From the NCBI GenBank assembly GCA_047495785.1, contig JBLDXI010000003.1:1116001-1180000 (forward strand): a stretch of 64,000 nt of DNA, given 5' to 3'. Both the position numbers and the translations under genes were made by a program. Positions 13,230 to 23,918 of this stretch are shown one piece after another. The notes under the pieces are model-generated. The model had not been told where the DNA came from and made no database searches. It saw only the letters and a program-made list of their open reading frames with translations. Origin of the DNA: Lepidodermella squamata (taxonomy: Eukaryota > Animalia > Gastrotricha). The stretch's first letter is position 1; each line of letters opens with the position of its first letter.

Positions 13230-14540
13230 AGGACAAATAATAATAAATAGATTAGTTGTAATCAAAATATATCTTAGTGTATATCATTTGCAATAAGCTT
13301 TTTACAATGTATTCACGAATTCTCAAACAATGTCGACAATGACATCTTGAATTACGTCAAGTGGTGCTTTGACAGATGGGCGTGAGGGTGTAACAGGAGG
13401 TGCCAACTCTTATAGCTCGGGCAATCGCTTTCCCTGTTCTTGCAGCTAATCGGTCTTTCAGCATTGGAACACCTGCTTCGAGATGAATCTGCTTCGTGCC
13501 GTACCATCGCGGTTTACCGAGGCAAATCTTCGGGGCCGTGTTTTGAATGGTTTGAAGGGTTATCATGTTGTCGTCGTTCATTGAGAGAAAGGCTTCGCAG
13601 CCAGACTCACGGCAGATCGGACGTAGGCTTTGAACACAGTTAGAGCTGGTTTCGGAGGCATTCGAACTGATGGACCACACAGACGACGCAAGCTTGAAAT
13701 TCGTGAGGTGACTTTGTCCTGTATCTTTAAGACATGAGAGTTAAAATTGAGTTTTTTATCAAAGATAACGCCGAGATGGGTAACTTACCTAGCACAGAAC
13801 CAATTCTTACCATGAATTTTTGCTCTTTGAGATTACTGGCGAGGTAACGTTTGAGATTATTCGGAATAGGTAGATTAGAGTAAGTAGTAGTAAAATCAAG
13901 TGCGGAACCTTGTCGAAAGAAGCCTTTGTACGTCTAAAAAACAGGCGGTTGCGTCCTTCCCTTGCTGCATGGCTGCTTTTCCAGCTTGAGCTAGCCTGAA
14001 TAAATGGTCTGAGCAGCCCCTTAAAAAACGGAAGCCGCACTGCCAATTGGCAAACCAGGAATTTTTTTCTAGAGTTGTCATTAGAATTCGGTTCAAGATT
14101 TTGTCGAATAGTTTGCCTATAGTTGGCAGGAGAGAAATGGGCCTGTGGCCTTTCGGTGATTGATGGTCTTTGCCTGGCTTAGGAAATAAAATAACAACAG
14201 CTATTTTCCAAGCTGACGGTACAAAACCGAATATCAAAATGCTTGTGTATAAAAAGAGCAAAAGTTGAATCATCTTGTCGGAGGCTTGTTTAAGCAAAGT
14301 ATTATGAACATTGTCGTGGCCTGGGGCTTTCATTTTAAGGTCTCGAATGTGGCTTCATACCATATCTGTATTTAAAACACTTTTAGCTTCTTTCTTCATG
14401 ATCTTCATGATTCCAGGTTCGAAGCAAGGTAAGCTGGCGGCGGCTTTTGCGTCTGCGTGGTATAGCCGGTCTTCTGCGGTTAGTTGTAAGTTATTGCACT
14501 CAGAAAACGTATTTTCGAGGAATTCCCTCAACTTTCCATG
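13230..14540 (-). mobile_element. Degenerate non-LTR retrotransposon (LINE) reverse transcriptase region
   Basis: KAPGHD...WKIAVVILFPKPGKD...RPISLLPTIGKLFDKIL...QCGFR, then LGVIFDKKLNF. Frameshifts and deletions. Confidence 0.9.
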
Positions 14541-14649
14541 CATCAGAGGTTATTGAGCGCCCGTCACAAGCAGGTCTTTCATGACGTGAGGAGTTGTAGA
14601 CGCATTTTTTTCATGGCCGAATTCATAGCTCTCCAAAACATTTGCGGTG

Positions 14650-14936
14650 CCGTTCCGACGCAAAGCCGTCTCCTTTCTTCTATTAGTCACATTCGTATTG
14701 ACACCAGGCTTCAGCAAGATCCTCGCTATATCAACGTAATTGCCCCTGGCCGCCAGAATCAAAGCAGTACTTTCGTTGACATCTCGAGCAGTGACATTAG
14801 CTCCCATATCAATCAGAAGACGAACACCGTCTGTGAAACCACGCTCAGCTGCGCCAAGCAACGCCGTAGATCCTAGCGCATTCCTCGCATTCACATTCGC
14901 ACCCCATTGCAACACCAACGCCAATCTCACCAACAT
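14650..14936 (-). pseudogene. Ankyrin-repeat gene fragment abutting the LINE
   Basis: GANVNARNALGSTALLGAAERGFTDGVRLLIDMGANVTARDVNESTALILAARGNYVDIARILL. There is no clean start, and the frame degenerates at the LINE junction. Confidence 0.75.
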
Positions 14937-15680
14937 TGAGTTACTTCCGCCCCTATTATTGCCACAATGTTGACCTTTTTGACACAGTTTTTTTGAAAAA
15001 TGTGCAGGCTTAGAGACGTGGTTTGGTGAAGATTTCTCGTCCTAAGGCAACGTCTCAGGCATGTTGGAAGTCGTAAAATCATTTTAGCAAGAGCTGACGA
15101 CAAGGCGGGCGATAATTTGACGTAATTTGGCATCGTTGACAAATTTGACACGAGTTGCCGATGCTAGGGCGTTCAAACACCCTGGGTTATTTAATTTTGC
15201 AATGTCAACCCATCCGATTTTACCCTTCCGTTACTCCCACCGAGCTTCATTCATAAATTTAGCCTAATCCATGAAACAACTGAAGGATATTTTGTGTCTA
15301 CTGCCAAAATCCCTATTTTGGACACCATTTGACATGCGAACAGCTCCTACGATTCCAAGACCGAATGGGCGCCTGCCCCTATTTCCAGCATGTTTGGAAT
15401 GTAATCCATGATTTGCAATTAAGGATGAATATGATTCGAAAAATTGAGTTGGGACTATTTTTATTCATCAATATTTTGATAAGCACTTGACCGAAATTGT
15501 TGTTGTCTGAACCACGTTAAGGCTGACAAAGTTGATTAGAAGGTTAAGCTTGAAAATGTTTTTCACATCCCAGAATACGAATAGGTTGAAGTCAATATAG
15601 GTAGAGGTGTATTATGAGTTAGGGATCGAGTGGTCATATTGATTCATCGTGATAATCATCCTATAAGCGCCAAAAAAGCG

Positions 15681-16838
15681 TCAAATTTCTTTGCCGTCAA
15701 TAAACCAATATTCTTGACTAAGAGCGAATTTCTCCATTTCAGCAGCATGTTCGGGGTCTTTGTGGAGGCTCTTCGCCAACACGGTGAGTCCACTGCCACG
15801 GAACAACAGTGGGGATAACAGTGACGATTTCTCAACCACAGAATCGAAAAAGCTCTTTGGCGCTCCAGAAATAACAGGGTCAGAATAGAAAAACAACACC
15901 TCAGCTTTGCCGTAAAGGTCATTGACTACTGTAGAGATGAGAGAATCAAAAAGAGCAGCCATATCCGTAACATCAGCTTCAGACAACGATTTAGTCTCGA
16001 ATATGACGGGTAAAACACTTCGGGTTCTCATAGGTTGGCCGTATGGTACTGGCTTTTCGAAAATTCTCGGAAGAACATAGTTTAAAGCTGTGAACAATAT
16101 TTCAGTGGCTTTGTAGATCATCGGTATTGAGACAACTGTCAAAGTCAAGGGGGCGTTGGCTATCACAACATGAAGCGATAATCCATTCTTTGAGACGCCA
16201 TAAATCGTACTATCAAATGAATAATCGTCACTTGGAAACAAAAAGCTGGGGCCAAAACGTGATTTGATGAAATGACTCGCTTCAGGCGGCTCCATTCGAG
16301 TGATTTTGTTACCTTCACGCTCCAGATCCTCGTCACTTTGTACCAATGCCTTGAGGTGGCCGATATTTAAAGCAGGAGATTTCATTGTAGCAATGTGCTT
16401 GAAGCCAAATTTGTTGATCCAAAGCCGTTGAGCAGGCACGTTGTCACCTGTTGTGACCAAATAGGCAAATGTAACCCCTTGGTCTTGCAGTATCGACTCG
16501 ACTTTGTGTTGCAATTGCGTGGCTACTTTTGCGCGACGGTACTCAGGTAGAACACGCATGGTGTGTATGTAGGCCACTTTCTCCAGCTGGTTTTGTCGCC
16601 AGAAAGACACCTCCTTCACACTAGTACTCAGTGCACCAACAACTGTGCCATTTTTCTCGGTGTCTTCTACCAGTAGTACTGTTGTGTTAGGGAATTTTTC
16701 GTGACGTGGAGGGTGAGTAGGGTAGCAGAATTGCACGCCTGTCCCTTGGGCGCAGTCGCGCTCAAGACGGGCAAGTGCTTCCAAATCATTGGCATTTTGC
16801 TCTCTCAGAGGCCGGATGAGAAATCTTCTTGAGGACAT
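15681..16838 (-). CDS. HLS1-like GNAT acyl/acetyltransferase, copy 1 (385 aa, intronless)
   Basis: RLERDCAQG; GNAT motif A TMRVLPEYRRAKVA; DNVPAQRL..KFGF; C-terminus FIDGKEI. Confidence 0.88.
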   Translation of the reverse strand: MSSRRFLIRPLREQNANDLEALARLERDCAQGTGVQFCYPTHPPRHEKFPNTTVLLVEDTEKNGTVVGALSTSVKEVSFWRQNQLEKVAYIHTMRVLPEYRRAKVATQLQHKVESILQDQGVTFAYLVTTGDNVPAQRLWINKFGFKHIATMKSPALNIGHLKALVQSDEDLEREGNKITRMEPPEASHFIKSRFGPSFLFPSDDYSFDSTIYGVSKNGLSLHVVIANAPLTLTVVSIPMIYKATEILFTALNYVLPRIFEKPVPYGQPMRTRSVLPVIFETKSLSEADVTDMAALFDSLISTVVNDLYGKAEVLFFYSDPVISGAPKSFFDSVVEKSSLLSPLLFRGSGLTVLAKSLHKDPEHAAEMEKFALSQEYWFIDGKEI

Positions 16839-17284
16839 GTCATGCGGTTTTTCAATTTGATAATCTGTAGAGTCGAGGGTGGAAAGCTCACTGCTGAATT
16901 CTCTCTTCTTTTTATGTACTATTTTGATAAGCGAACATAAGCAGCTTGCTTTTGCTCAACTCATTAAAATAGCTCAGAATTTAGAGCCCGCTGAATCAAC
17001 ACGGTAGATTTACGCGGTAGATGCTGCTTCGTAAGCATAGAAACGTAGGTCTGATATTGGTTGAAAAGAAGATGTGCAGTTATTGGACAGTTCAATTGAC
17101 AATTGACAATTAAACAGTAGCTAAGAGCTAAGGATTAATGATTAATGATGGTGGCAGTTACGCCTTAAAAATTCCGATCTTGGGTATAAAAGAGCAAGCG
17201 ACTCCAGTGGAATTTCATCCGCAATCAGTTCTAATATTTAAATAAGCTCTTTTCTCTTTTCCAATCGAATCCTCTACCATCAAA

Positions 17285-17770
17285 ATGCGTGCTATCCTCG
17301 CAATCGCAGCTGTTGTTCTCCTCGGACTCGGTAGGTTGCTCAATCAGTTCGAGAAAACTATGTAATCCAATGAATATCACATCGTTTCAGCCTACACCGA
17401 AGCTAAGGTCTGGAATGTCGAGTCGAAGGAGATGCATCGCAACTACCACAAGAGCGTCACTGCTTCGGTGAGCCGATCCTTCGAGAATAAGAAGGCTTTC
17501 AGCAAGGGACGTGCCTTCCCGATGAAGAAGCGCCACGGCAAGAAATTCGGCCGCAAGATGAACAAGCGCCGTGGCTCCTACTCGAAATCGGTCTCTGTTT
17601 CTGTATCGGTCTCCGGTAACAAGCGCAACCACGGTCGCAAGTTCGGCTACGGCAAGAACAAGAAGGCTGGTTTCAAGTTCGGCAACAAGTTCGGCTACAA
17701 CTTTGGAAAGGGCAAGGGCAACAAGAAGGGTTCGTACTCGTACAGCAAGTCGGTCAGTGGCTCATACTAA
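17285..17770 (+). CDS. Secreted cationic K/G/S/F/Y-rich protein, copy B; exons 17285-17330, 17391-17770
   Basis: Protein identical to copy A, offset 5277 bp. Confidence 0.88.
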
Positions 17771-18463
17771 AAACTTTAATTTGATACCGCAGTATTAAAA
17801 ATATTTCTATGATTGACGAATAAAAATTCTATTCTGAGGATTTTGGGTTTTTTGTTGCGATTAATTTGAAATCCTTGTTTGAAGGCGCATTGCAATACAC
17901 CATTCCAAGGTGACAACTTACTGATATAGTGATTACTGATTGTTTTTAGTTTCATTCCCTTTTCAGGGGGTGAGCCGAATCCCGGAAGTACTGCAATACC
18001 GGGCCGACTCGTGGACAGGGTCCAGCAAGCTGGCGTCACCTTCCCGGTTAGCCAAAAATCGGGCTAAATATCGTAGGCCCCACATGGAGGCCGTTGTAGA
18101 TATTAAACTACAAAGAAGAGATACTACACTTTGATCAAAAAGGCGATAACCGGAAAAAGAAAAAATATTTTTGCCGGGTTCTGGGATGTAACGACAGCGT
18201 AATGGAAGCAGCACCTATTGCTTATGCAAAAATGACAAAGAAATAAGGATAGAAAAATCAGAAACGCACCAGTGGGATTCGAACCTCTAGCGCTACAGAA
18301 ATCATCACAAAAAACTATCATGCTACAAATCTGCACGTAAAAATTATTTATTGCTGATTAATAATTCGGCGTAAAGAATGCGGATTGCCTTGGGAAATAT
18401 CGTTGATGGGAGATTGGAACCGTTCTTGGTTTTCGGTTCTTTGTCTTTGACGCATCGTTGAGA

Positions 18464-19315
18464 ATGGCAAAAATCGGTCCACGTATCACTAACATTGTCA
18501 CGACGCCTTATGACGATTATGACGATGATGACGACGACGAGGACGAAGAAATCTATCCTCCAATTAACATTACTTCTGCTGCTGCTACAACAACAACAAC
18601 AACAGCAATTGCTACAGCATCATCAGTCAGCAGGAAGCTAACAACCACTCTCTTAGCTAAGGTAACAACCACAGCAATGGCAGGCGGCATTGCCAGGGGA
18701 ATCGCTTTAACCGGGTTGGACTCGTCTAGCAACGCGAATTCGCCTATTAGCCAATCGTTTGTTCGACTGAACATGCAACACGATCACGGCTGGACAAGTT
18801 ACGTACTCGCCATGGGCATGTTTTTCTTCCTGGTATTTTCGGCAGCGTTTTACGTCATCTGGAAGATTATCGACCTATTCGTTCTTGCCAGGCCAGAGCA
18901 CGATTACAACGATGTGTTCGATTGTCAACAATTGTTGTTCCCCTACGCCGACGTTCGTCGTTGCCGCAGGCGTAGGCTGAACCAAAAATGGAGCTTTTTC
19001 CGATATCTTTGCCAGTTTACGAATGACTGTAGCGATGACGAAGCGCCAGATAGAATGGTTTACAATCCAGGCGGTGGCTTTCAAACAAAAAACTCGCTCT
19101 GGGCTGCCGATGGATCACCTAGAATGACCTACCGAGAATGGGAGGCTAGAGTGAGGCAGCAACGAATGCAACAGCAGAAAATACTAAACTACACTCATTT
19201 GACCGAAGTCATCGCAGCTGCAACTAGGACTAGTCCAAATTTGGCCCGAGTCAGGACGAGCTCATCGCCGAAAAACAGAGCTAGACACTCTACAGCTTCC
19301 ATTAAAAACTTGTAG
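18464..19315 (+). CDS. Orphan single-pass membrane protein (acidic and Thr-rich N-terminal region, one TM helix); 5' end uncertain
   Basis: 852-bp uninterrupted ORF. DDYDDDDDDEDEE and TTTTTT tracts. TM segment YVLAMGMFFFLVFSAAFYVIW. Confidence 0.65.
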   Translation: MAKIGPRITNIVTTPYDDYDDDDDDEDEEIYPPINITSAAATTTTTTAIATASSVSRKLTTTLLAKVTTTAMAGGIARGIALTGLDSSSNANSPISQSFVRLNMQHDHGWTSYVLAMGMFFFLVFSAAFYVIWKIIDLFVLARPEHDYNDVFDCQQLLFPYADVRRCRRRRLNQKWSFFRYLCQFTNDCSDDEAPDRMVYNPGGGFQTKNSLWAADGSPRMTYREWEARVRQQRMQQQKILNYTHLTEVIAAATRTSPNLARVRTSSSPKNRARHSTASIKNL

Positions 19316-20600
19316 AAACTTTATTCAGCTTATTTCGTACTGTAGCATTAAATTGAGGCAAAGTTTTGTTCTGTTTAAGAATTGCACCAAACTCTGGCCG
19401 AAGAATGACAGTAAGATTTGCTAGAACTTGAGCCGCTGCGAATAAAGCTATCCTTCCAGTTTCATCTCCAGCCGCCCACATTTGTCGCATCAGTTTTGTT
19501 TGAAAATTTTCGTAATCCTCGACGTGCAGCATATCTCGAAAGGTTGCTGCGGTTGCCACCCCTTTTCTAGGATGAGTAATTGTCGATAAAGCAATTAAGA
19601 CGTTTGCCGTGATTCGCAAATCTACCATTGGAGAAGAAATCGGCTCCAGAATTTTGCGGGTGAAAACAAAAGCCAGATTTTCAATTGCAGCTGAATTTCT
19701 GAAACTAGTCCTTTCCACAGGACAATTAGTGATACTGGACAAGGCGAAAGCTATCGTTCGAACAACATTGTTCCGAGCATTGGAAAAAGCTGCAGGCTTC
19801 CCCTTCACGACAGCTTCTGTGAATGACGATAGTATGGGTACAAATTCACGCCGGCCTATCATTCCGATGAAGTCGCCTGCCGGCAAAACAGACATGTCAA
19901 AAGCTGTTGCCTGGCGAATTGTAGCGAAATTACAAGCTGCTTGGATTACGGGTAGGGCTATAACACAGTTGGTAGATTCATGCTGTAGGATATTTGCGGT
20001 CAAGTTGAAGAAAGGCATGTCGCTTCGGGTTCGAATTAATAAGTTGTCGTACAGAGATTCGTCGTATTCTGGACGTTTGATAGACAACGTTCTCATGAGA
20101 GGAACTGCCATTTCTATTGCAGTTTTACGAAGATTACTGCGTCTTGGAGACCTCTGCAACAGCATGCAAAGTTTTTGCAAGTAATGCCGATAGAACATGT
20201 CGCATGGTAGCAAGTATCTTGCTATCAAATCGTAGCGATCAGCTTCAACCATCGAATTCAAAGCGGTGAAAATGAGAGCTTTGTCAACTTCTGTTGGTAT
20301 AGATTTTTCGACAGATTTCCAATTAATGCTCTCTCCAATCGAGAAAATGCTCGTTGCAGCTTTTACAGGGAAGTGATCGAGGAAAAGCATATCGTCTAGT
20401 TGACTTTTCCACACCCTCGCATCAATGCTACCGTCCAACAGAGACTGGGGATTGAAGCGGTCGAAACTAGCCTGCCAAGCTCTTGTGGTTTGCTCCGTCG
20501 GTATTTTTCTGACATAGTCTGACATGGCCCAAATTCGAGCAAGCAATGTTTGAACAAAGTTGGCGATTAACTGGATTGCTAGTATGGAACCATGTTGCAT
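19302..20600 (-). CDS. Orphan 432 aa protein, probably mostly helical
   Basis: 1299-bp uninterrupted ORF in AT-rich DNA. No family recognised. Confidence 0.7.
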   Translation of the reverse strand: MQHGSILAIQLIANFVQTLLARIWAMSDYVRKIPTEQTTRAWQASFDRFNPQSLLDGSIDARVWKSQLDDMLFLDHFPVKAATSIFSIGESINWKSVEKSIPTEVDKALIFTALNSMVEADRYDLIARYLLPCDMFYRHYLQKLCMLLQRSPRRSNLRKTAIEMAVPLMRTLSIKRPEYDESLYDNLLIRTRSDMPFFNLTANILQHESTNCVIALPVIQAACNFATIRQATAFDMSVLPAGDFIGMIGRREFVPILSSFTEAVVKGKPAAFSNARNNVVRTIAFALSSITNCPVERTSFRNSAAIENLAFVFTRKILEPISSPMVDLRITANVLIALSTITHPRKGVATAATFRDMLHVEDYENFQTKLMRQMWAAGDETGRIALFAAAQVLANLTVILRPEFGAILKQNKTLPQFNATVRNKLNKVSTSF

Positions 20601-22190
20601 GCAAATGAAATGGATCCAGTTTGTAAGCTTTAATCTTCCCTAATATACGTCGCATTTACACTAGACTACCCATAATTATCCAAGTTAATTATTTTCACCG
20701 TTGCGCAATCATTTTTCAAGAAAGACTGAATGCGTGGTTTTATCCAATTTCAATTCAAATTTAAAAGATTTACCAAAGAAGCGAGTCTGCTCGAGAAGAA
20801 ATACCTCATAATTAGCGCGATTGAGGTCTATGCGTACCTAGAACCTTGCTTGAAATTTGCCGTGAAAATTATTCGAATTTTTGAAAAAATTTCCCGAGGA
20901 AAATTATTGACAAAAAAATTCGAAAATTGAAATTTAAAATCATAATTTGACAATTTTAGATTGCGCATCAAAATTGATGAAATTGAGGTGTGATGGTGTC
21001 ATATTTTAGGCAAAAATATTAGACCAAACTTTAATAAAATTGGGCTGCTTGTACTACAAAAATGACCTCGAAAAATCAATCAATCATGAGAAATACCTCA
21101 AACAAATCGATATTTTTTATTTCTGAATTTTCCAGGTATTTTATAGAGCTACAATACATAATACAGGGTGGTTTGAAACTGTCGCAGTGACGCGATTCGT
21201 TGCATAATTCATTTAAGGAGGATTTTCGCAAAATTTAAGAATTTTTATAATTGCGAAATCGATCTCTTATATTTGGGTGTTGGGTGTGCCAAGTGCATAG
21301 AGACCCTAAATTTGAGACTCAAGCACTAGATTTCCCTTAAATATGGTTTTTCGAATTTCTATTCTTCACTAGAATCTCAAATTTTTTGTATCATGCTTAA
21401 CCGATAGACCTTCACGTTACATGTATTTCGCGCTATGAGCGGTCAGTTTACGAATTATACTTCAACATATAGAGCCGATATCGATTCCAAGTATCGATTT
21501 GATTTAAAAAATCAGTGATTTTCCCGATATCAGCCTTCTTTCACGTATCACGTATCATGTAGCTGAAATAAATATCCTACAGGATCAGGGAGGGAATCAG
21601 TATCGATCAAAAACCGAAAACGCCGAAATCGCAAAAAAATCTGAAAAATTTAGTGCCAGGAATATTTAGTGCTGGAACCTCAGTTTTAGTGGTGGAAATA
21701 TTTGGACCCTTTACCAGAGAATGTTATGGATCACGTGCCAGCCAACGATGTGATCAGGAAATTGCTATTACCTGATACCGCTAAATTTGAGTTTTAAACC
21801 GCCTTGCAGTGACTACGTTACATTAAAAATTCACACAAAATTAAAAGCAGCGCTCGTTTGAGTTTTAGTAAAAATGATGACGCAACAGCCTAAGTAATTA
21901 ACATCGATAATTACGAAGTAGCTCGTGTAAATGCGACGATATATAGTGAATACGTGCCATTTGCATCGAGTGGTGTCAGTGCATGTGAAACCATGCCATA
22001 ACATTCGTATCACGTATAAACGTATGATGTTTGGGCTATTAGTTTGTTTTGCCGGCGATCTCTTTGACTCTTCTGAGAAGCCCTGTGATACAGCATAAAA
22101 ACAAGATTTCTCAAGACTCAAGACGCATTTTTATTTTCATCGATTCGCCACAAAACTAAATAGAAAGGATAGAATTTTTTTTGCTACAAA

Positions 22191-23327
22191 TCACACTTCT
22201 TTGCCATCAAGGAACCAAAATGGTTGGCTAAACGCGTGTTTTTCCATTTCAGCTTTCTTGACCGGATCTTTCAGTAAGCTTTTCGCAAGCAAAACCAATC
22301 CGGTACCACGGAAAACCGACGAAGAGATCAACGGTGATTTTTCTATCACATTTTCACAAAAATCAGCATCAACTCCAGAGAGAAGAGGCCCAGAATAAAA
22401 CATTGCCAGATCCGCTTTTTCACACAAATTATTAACAATTGAAGCAGAAAGCGCGTAAAATAAAGTAGAATTATGTGAAATCGATTGATTTCCAATCAGT
22501 ATCGGAAACACTTTCCGAATTCGAATCGATCGATCGAAACGAATCGATTTTTCAAAAAATGTCGGTAAAATTGTGTTGAAACGTCCGAAAATTGTATTTT
22601 TCACTCGATTTATTGCTGGAATCCATGTTACATCCATGATTGTCGCTGAATTCGAAACAACAGCGAATATCGACGCTCCATTTTTCGAAACCTCGAAAAT
22701 TGTGCAGTCGAGCGGAAAATCGTCAGTTGGGAACAGCAATTTTTGTCCAAATTTTGCCTTCAAGAAATCAGCCGCCTGAGACCGTTCCAGACGAGTGATT
22801 TCGAACCCGTCACGCTTGATTTGGCTGTCACTCGGCACCAAATTTTTCGAGTGATCTAGATTAATAGTCGGACAATTGATTTTCGCAGCGATTTTATACC
22901 CGAATTTTCCAATGCACAATTTCTGAGGTGGTAAATTGTCGCTTGAATTTTTCGTATAGGCAAACGTCACGCCTTGATCTCGTAGAAAATCTTCCATTTT
23001 CTGCCATAAATTAACGGCTAAATTAGCCCGCCGATGTTGAGGTAAAACGCGCAACGTGTGCAGTAGGGCGACTTTTTCGGTTTTTTTAGATGGCCAAAAA
23101 TTTGCGGTTCTCAAACTCGCGTTTACGGCTCCGACAATGACGCCGTTATTTTCCGTATCTTCAGCGACTAGGACCACGGAGTTCTGAAATTTTTCGTGGC
23201 GAAGAGGCGGTGATGGGAATCGGTATTTGAATTTCGTGCCTTGAATGCACTCGTATTCAAGCTTGGCCAGCCCAGCCAAATCGAAAGAGCTGGAATTTCT
23301 TAGGAGTCGGATTGAATATCGGTTCAT
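22191..23327 (-). CDS. HLS1-like GNAT, copy 2 (378 aa, intronless)
   Basis: KLEYECIQG, HTLRVLPQHRRANLA, DNLPPQKL, FLDGKEV. The ATG at 23327 aligns with paralogue starts. Confidence 0.88.
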   Translation of the reverse strand: MNRYSIRLLRNSSSFDLAGLAKLEYECIQGTKFKYRFPSPPLRHEKFQNSVVLVAEDTENNGVIVGAVNASLRTANFWPSKKTEKVALLHTLRVLPQHRRANLAVNLWQKMEDFLRDQGVTFAYTKNSSDNLPPQKLCIGKFGYKIAAKINCPTINLDHSKNLVPSDSQIKRDGFEITRLERSQAADFLKAKFGQKLLFPTDDFPLDCTIFEVSKNGASIFAVVSNSATIMDVTWIPAINRVKNTIFGRFNTILPTFFEKSIRFDRSIRIRKVFPILIGNQSISHNSTLFYALSASIVNNLCEKADLAMFYSGPLLSGVDADFCENVIEKSPLISSSVFRGTGLVLLAKSLLKDPVKKAEMEKHAFSQPFWFLDGKEV

Positions 23328-23611
23328 TGGTGGGTTTTCTAGTTTCCTAAAAAATAGAAAATCAGCAAAGTTGGTCAAAAATATTGATGAAATATGAAAA
23401 ATCGGACTTTGGGAATTTATGTCGAAATTATTAATAAAGCAACAAATTCAACAAAATTTGATAGCACCCTCTTATAAAAAATAAAAAAAAATCAGGAAAT
23501 GGCATCATTCTCAAACAAGATTAGACAAGATAAAAATACGCAAATTTAGAAAAATTTCGCAATTTTCCAACAAATTCCCGAATTTAAATGTTCACGAGTC
23601 TTAGCAAAAAA

Positions 23612-23712
23612 CACCAGGGAATTTTTACCGTAGTTCTACCGTAGAAATTGCCGTAGTTTTTCCGTAGTTTTTCCGTAGTGCTAATTTCTACCGTAGAAGC
23701 AGCAAATACGGT
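23612..23712. repeat. Cluster of CCGTAG subrepeats, probably a transposon subterminal region, next to the satellite
   Basis: Six (A/G/T)CCGTAG units, five of them spaced 11-12 bp apart. Confidence 0.5.
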
Positions 23713-23918
23713 CAAAAAAATCAGGAAAAAAGAAAAAATGCAGTGAGCGGCCGCAGTGAATCGAACCACCAAGACTAATTTACTCATTAAATCACCCATG
23801 CCCCCCAATCCATTATGCCACCCACTACTTCACAAAGTATAATGCGATTAACGGGCTGATCTCGTCATTGATTATATATGAGATAAATACCTATAAGGAT
23901 CAAGGTGAGCATGGTTAT

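Noticed and set aside
18265-18295. tRNA gene on the minus strand (GGTTCGAATCCCACTGGTGC)
   Set aside because: Only a T-arm/B-box-like piece is present. No D arm, anticodon arm or matching acceptor stem; at most a SINE remnant.
19609-20184. 191-aa antisense ORF, and similar shadow ORFs over the GNAT, calpain and NT5C2 genes
   Set aside because: These are antisense or alternate frames of longer, better supported CDSs, with no recognisable motifs.
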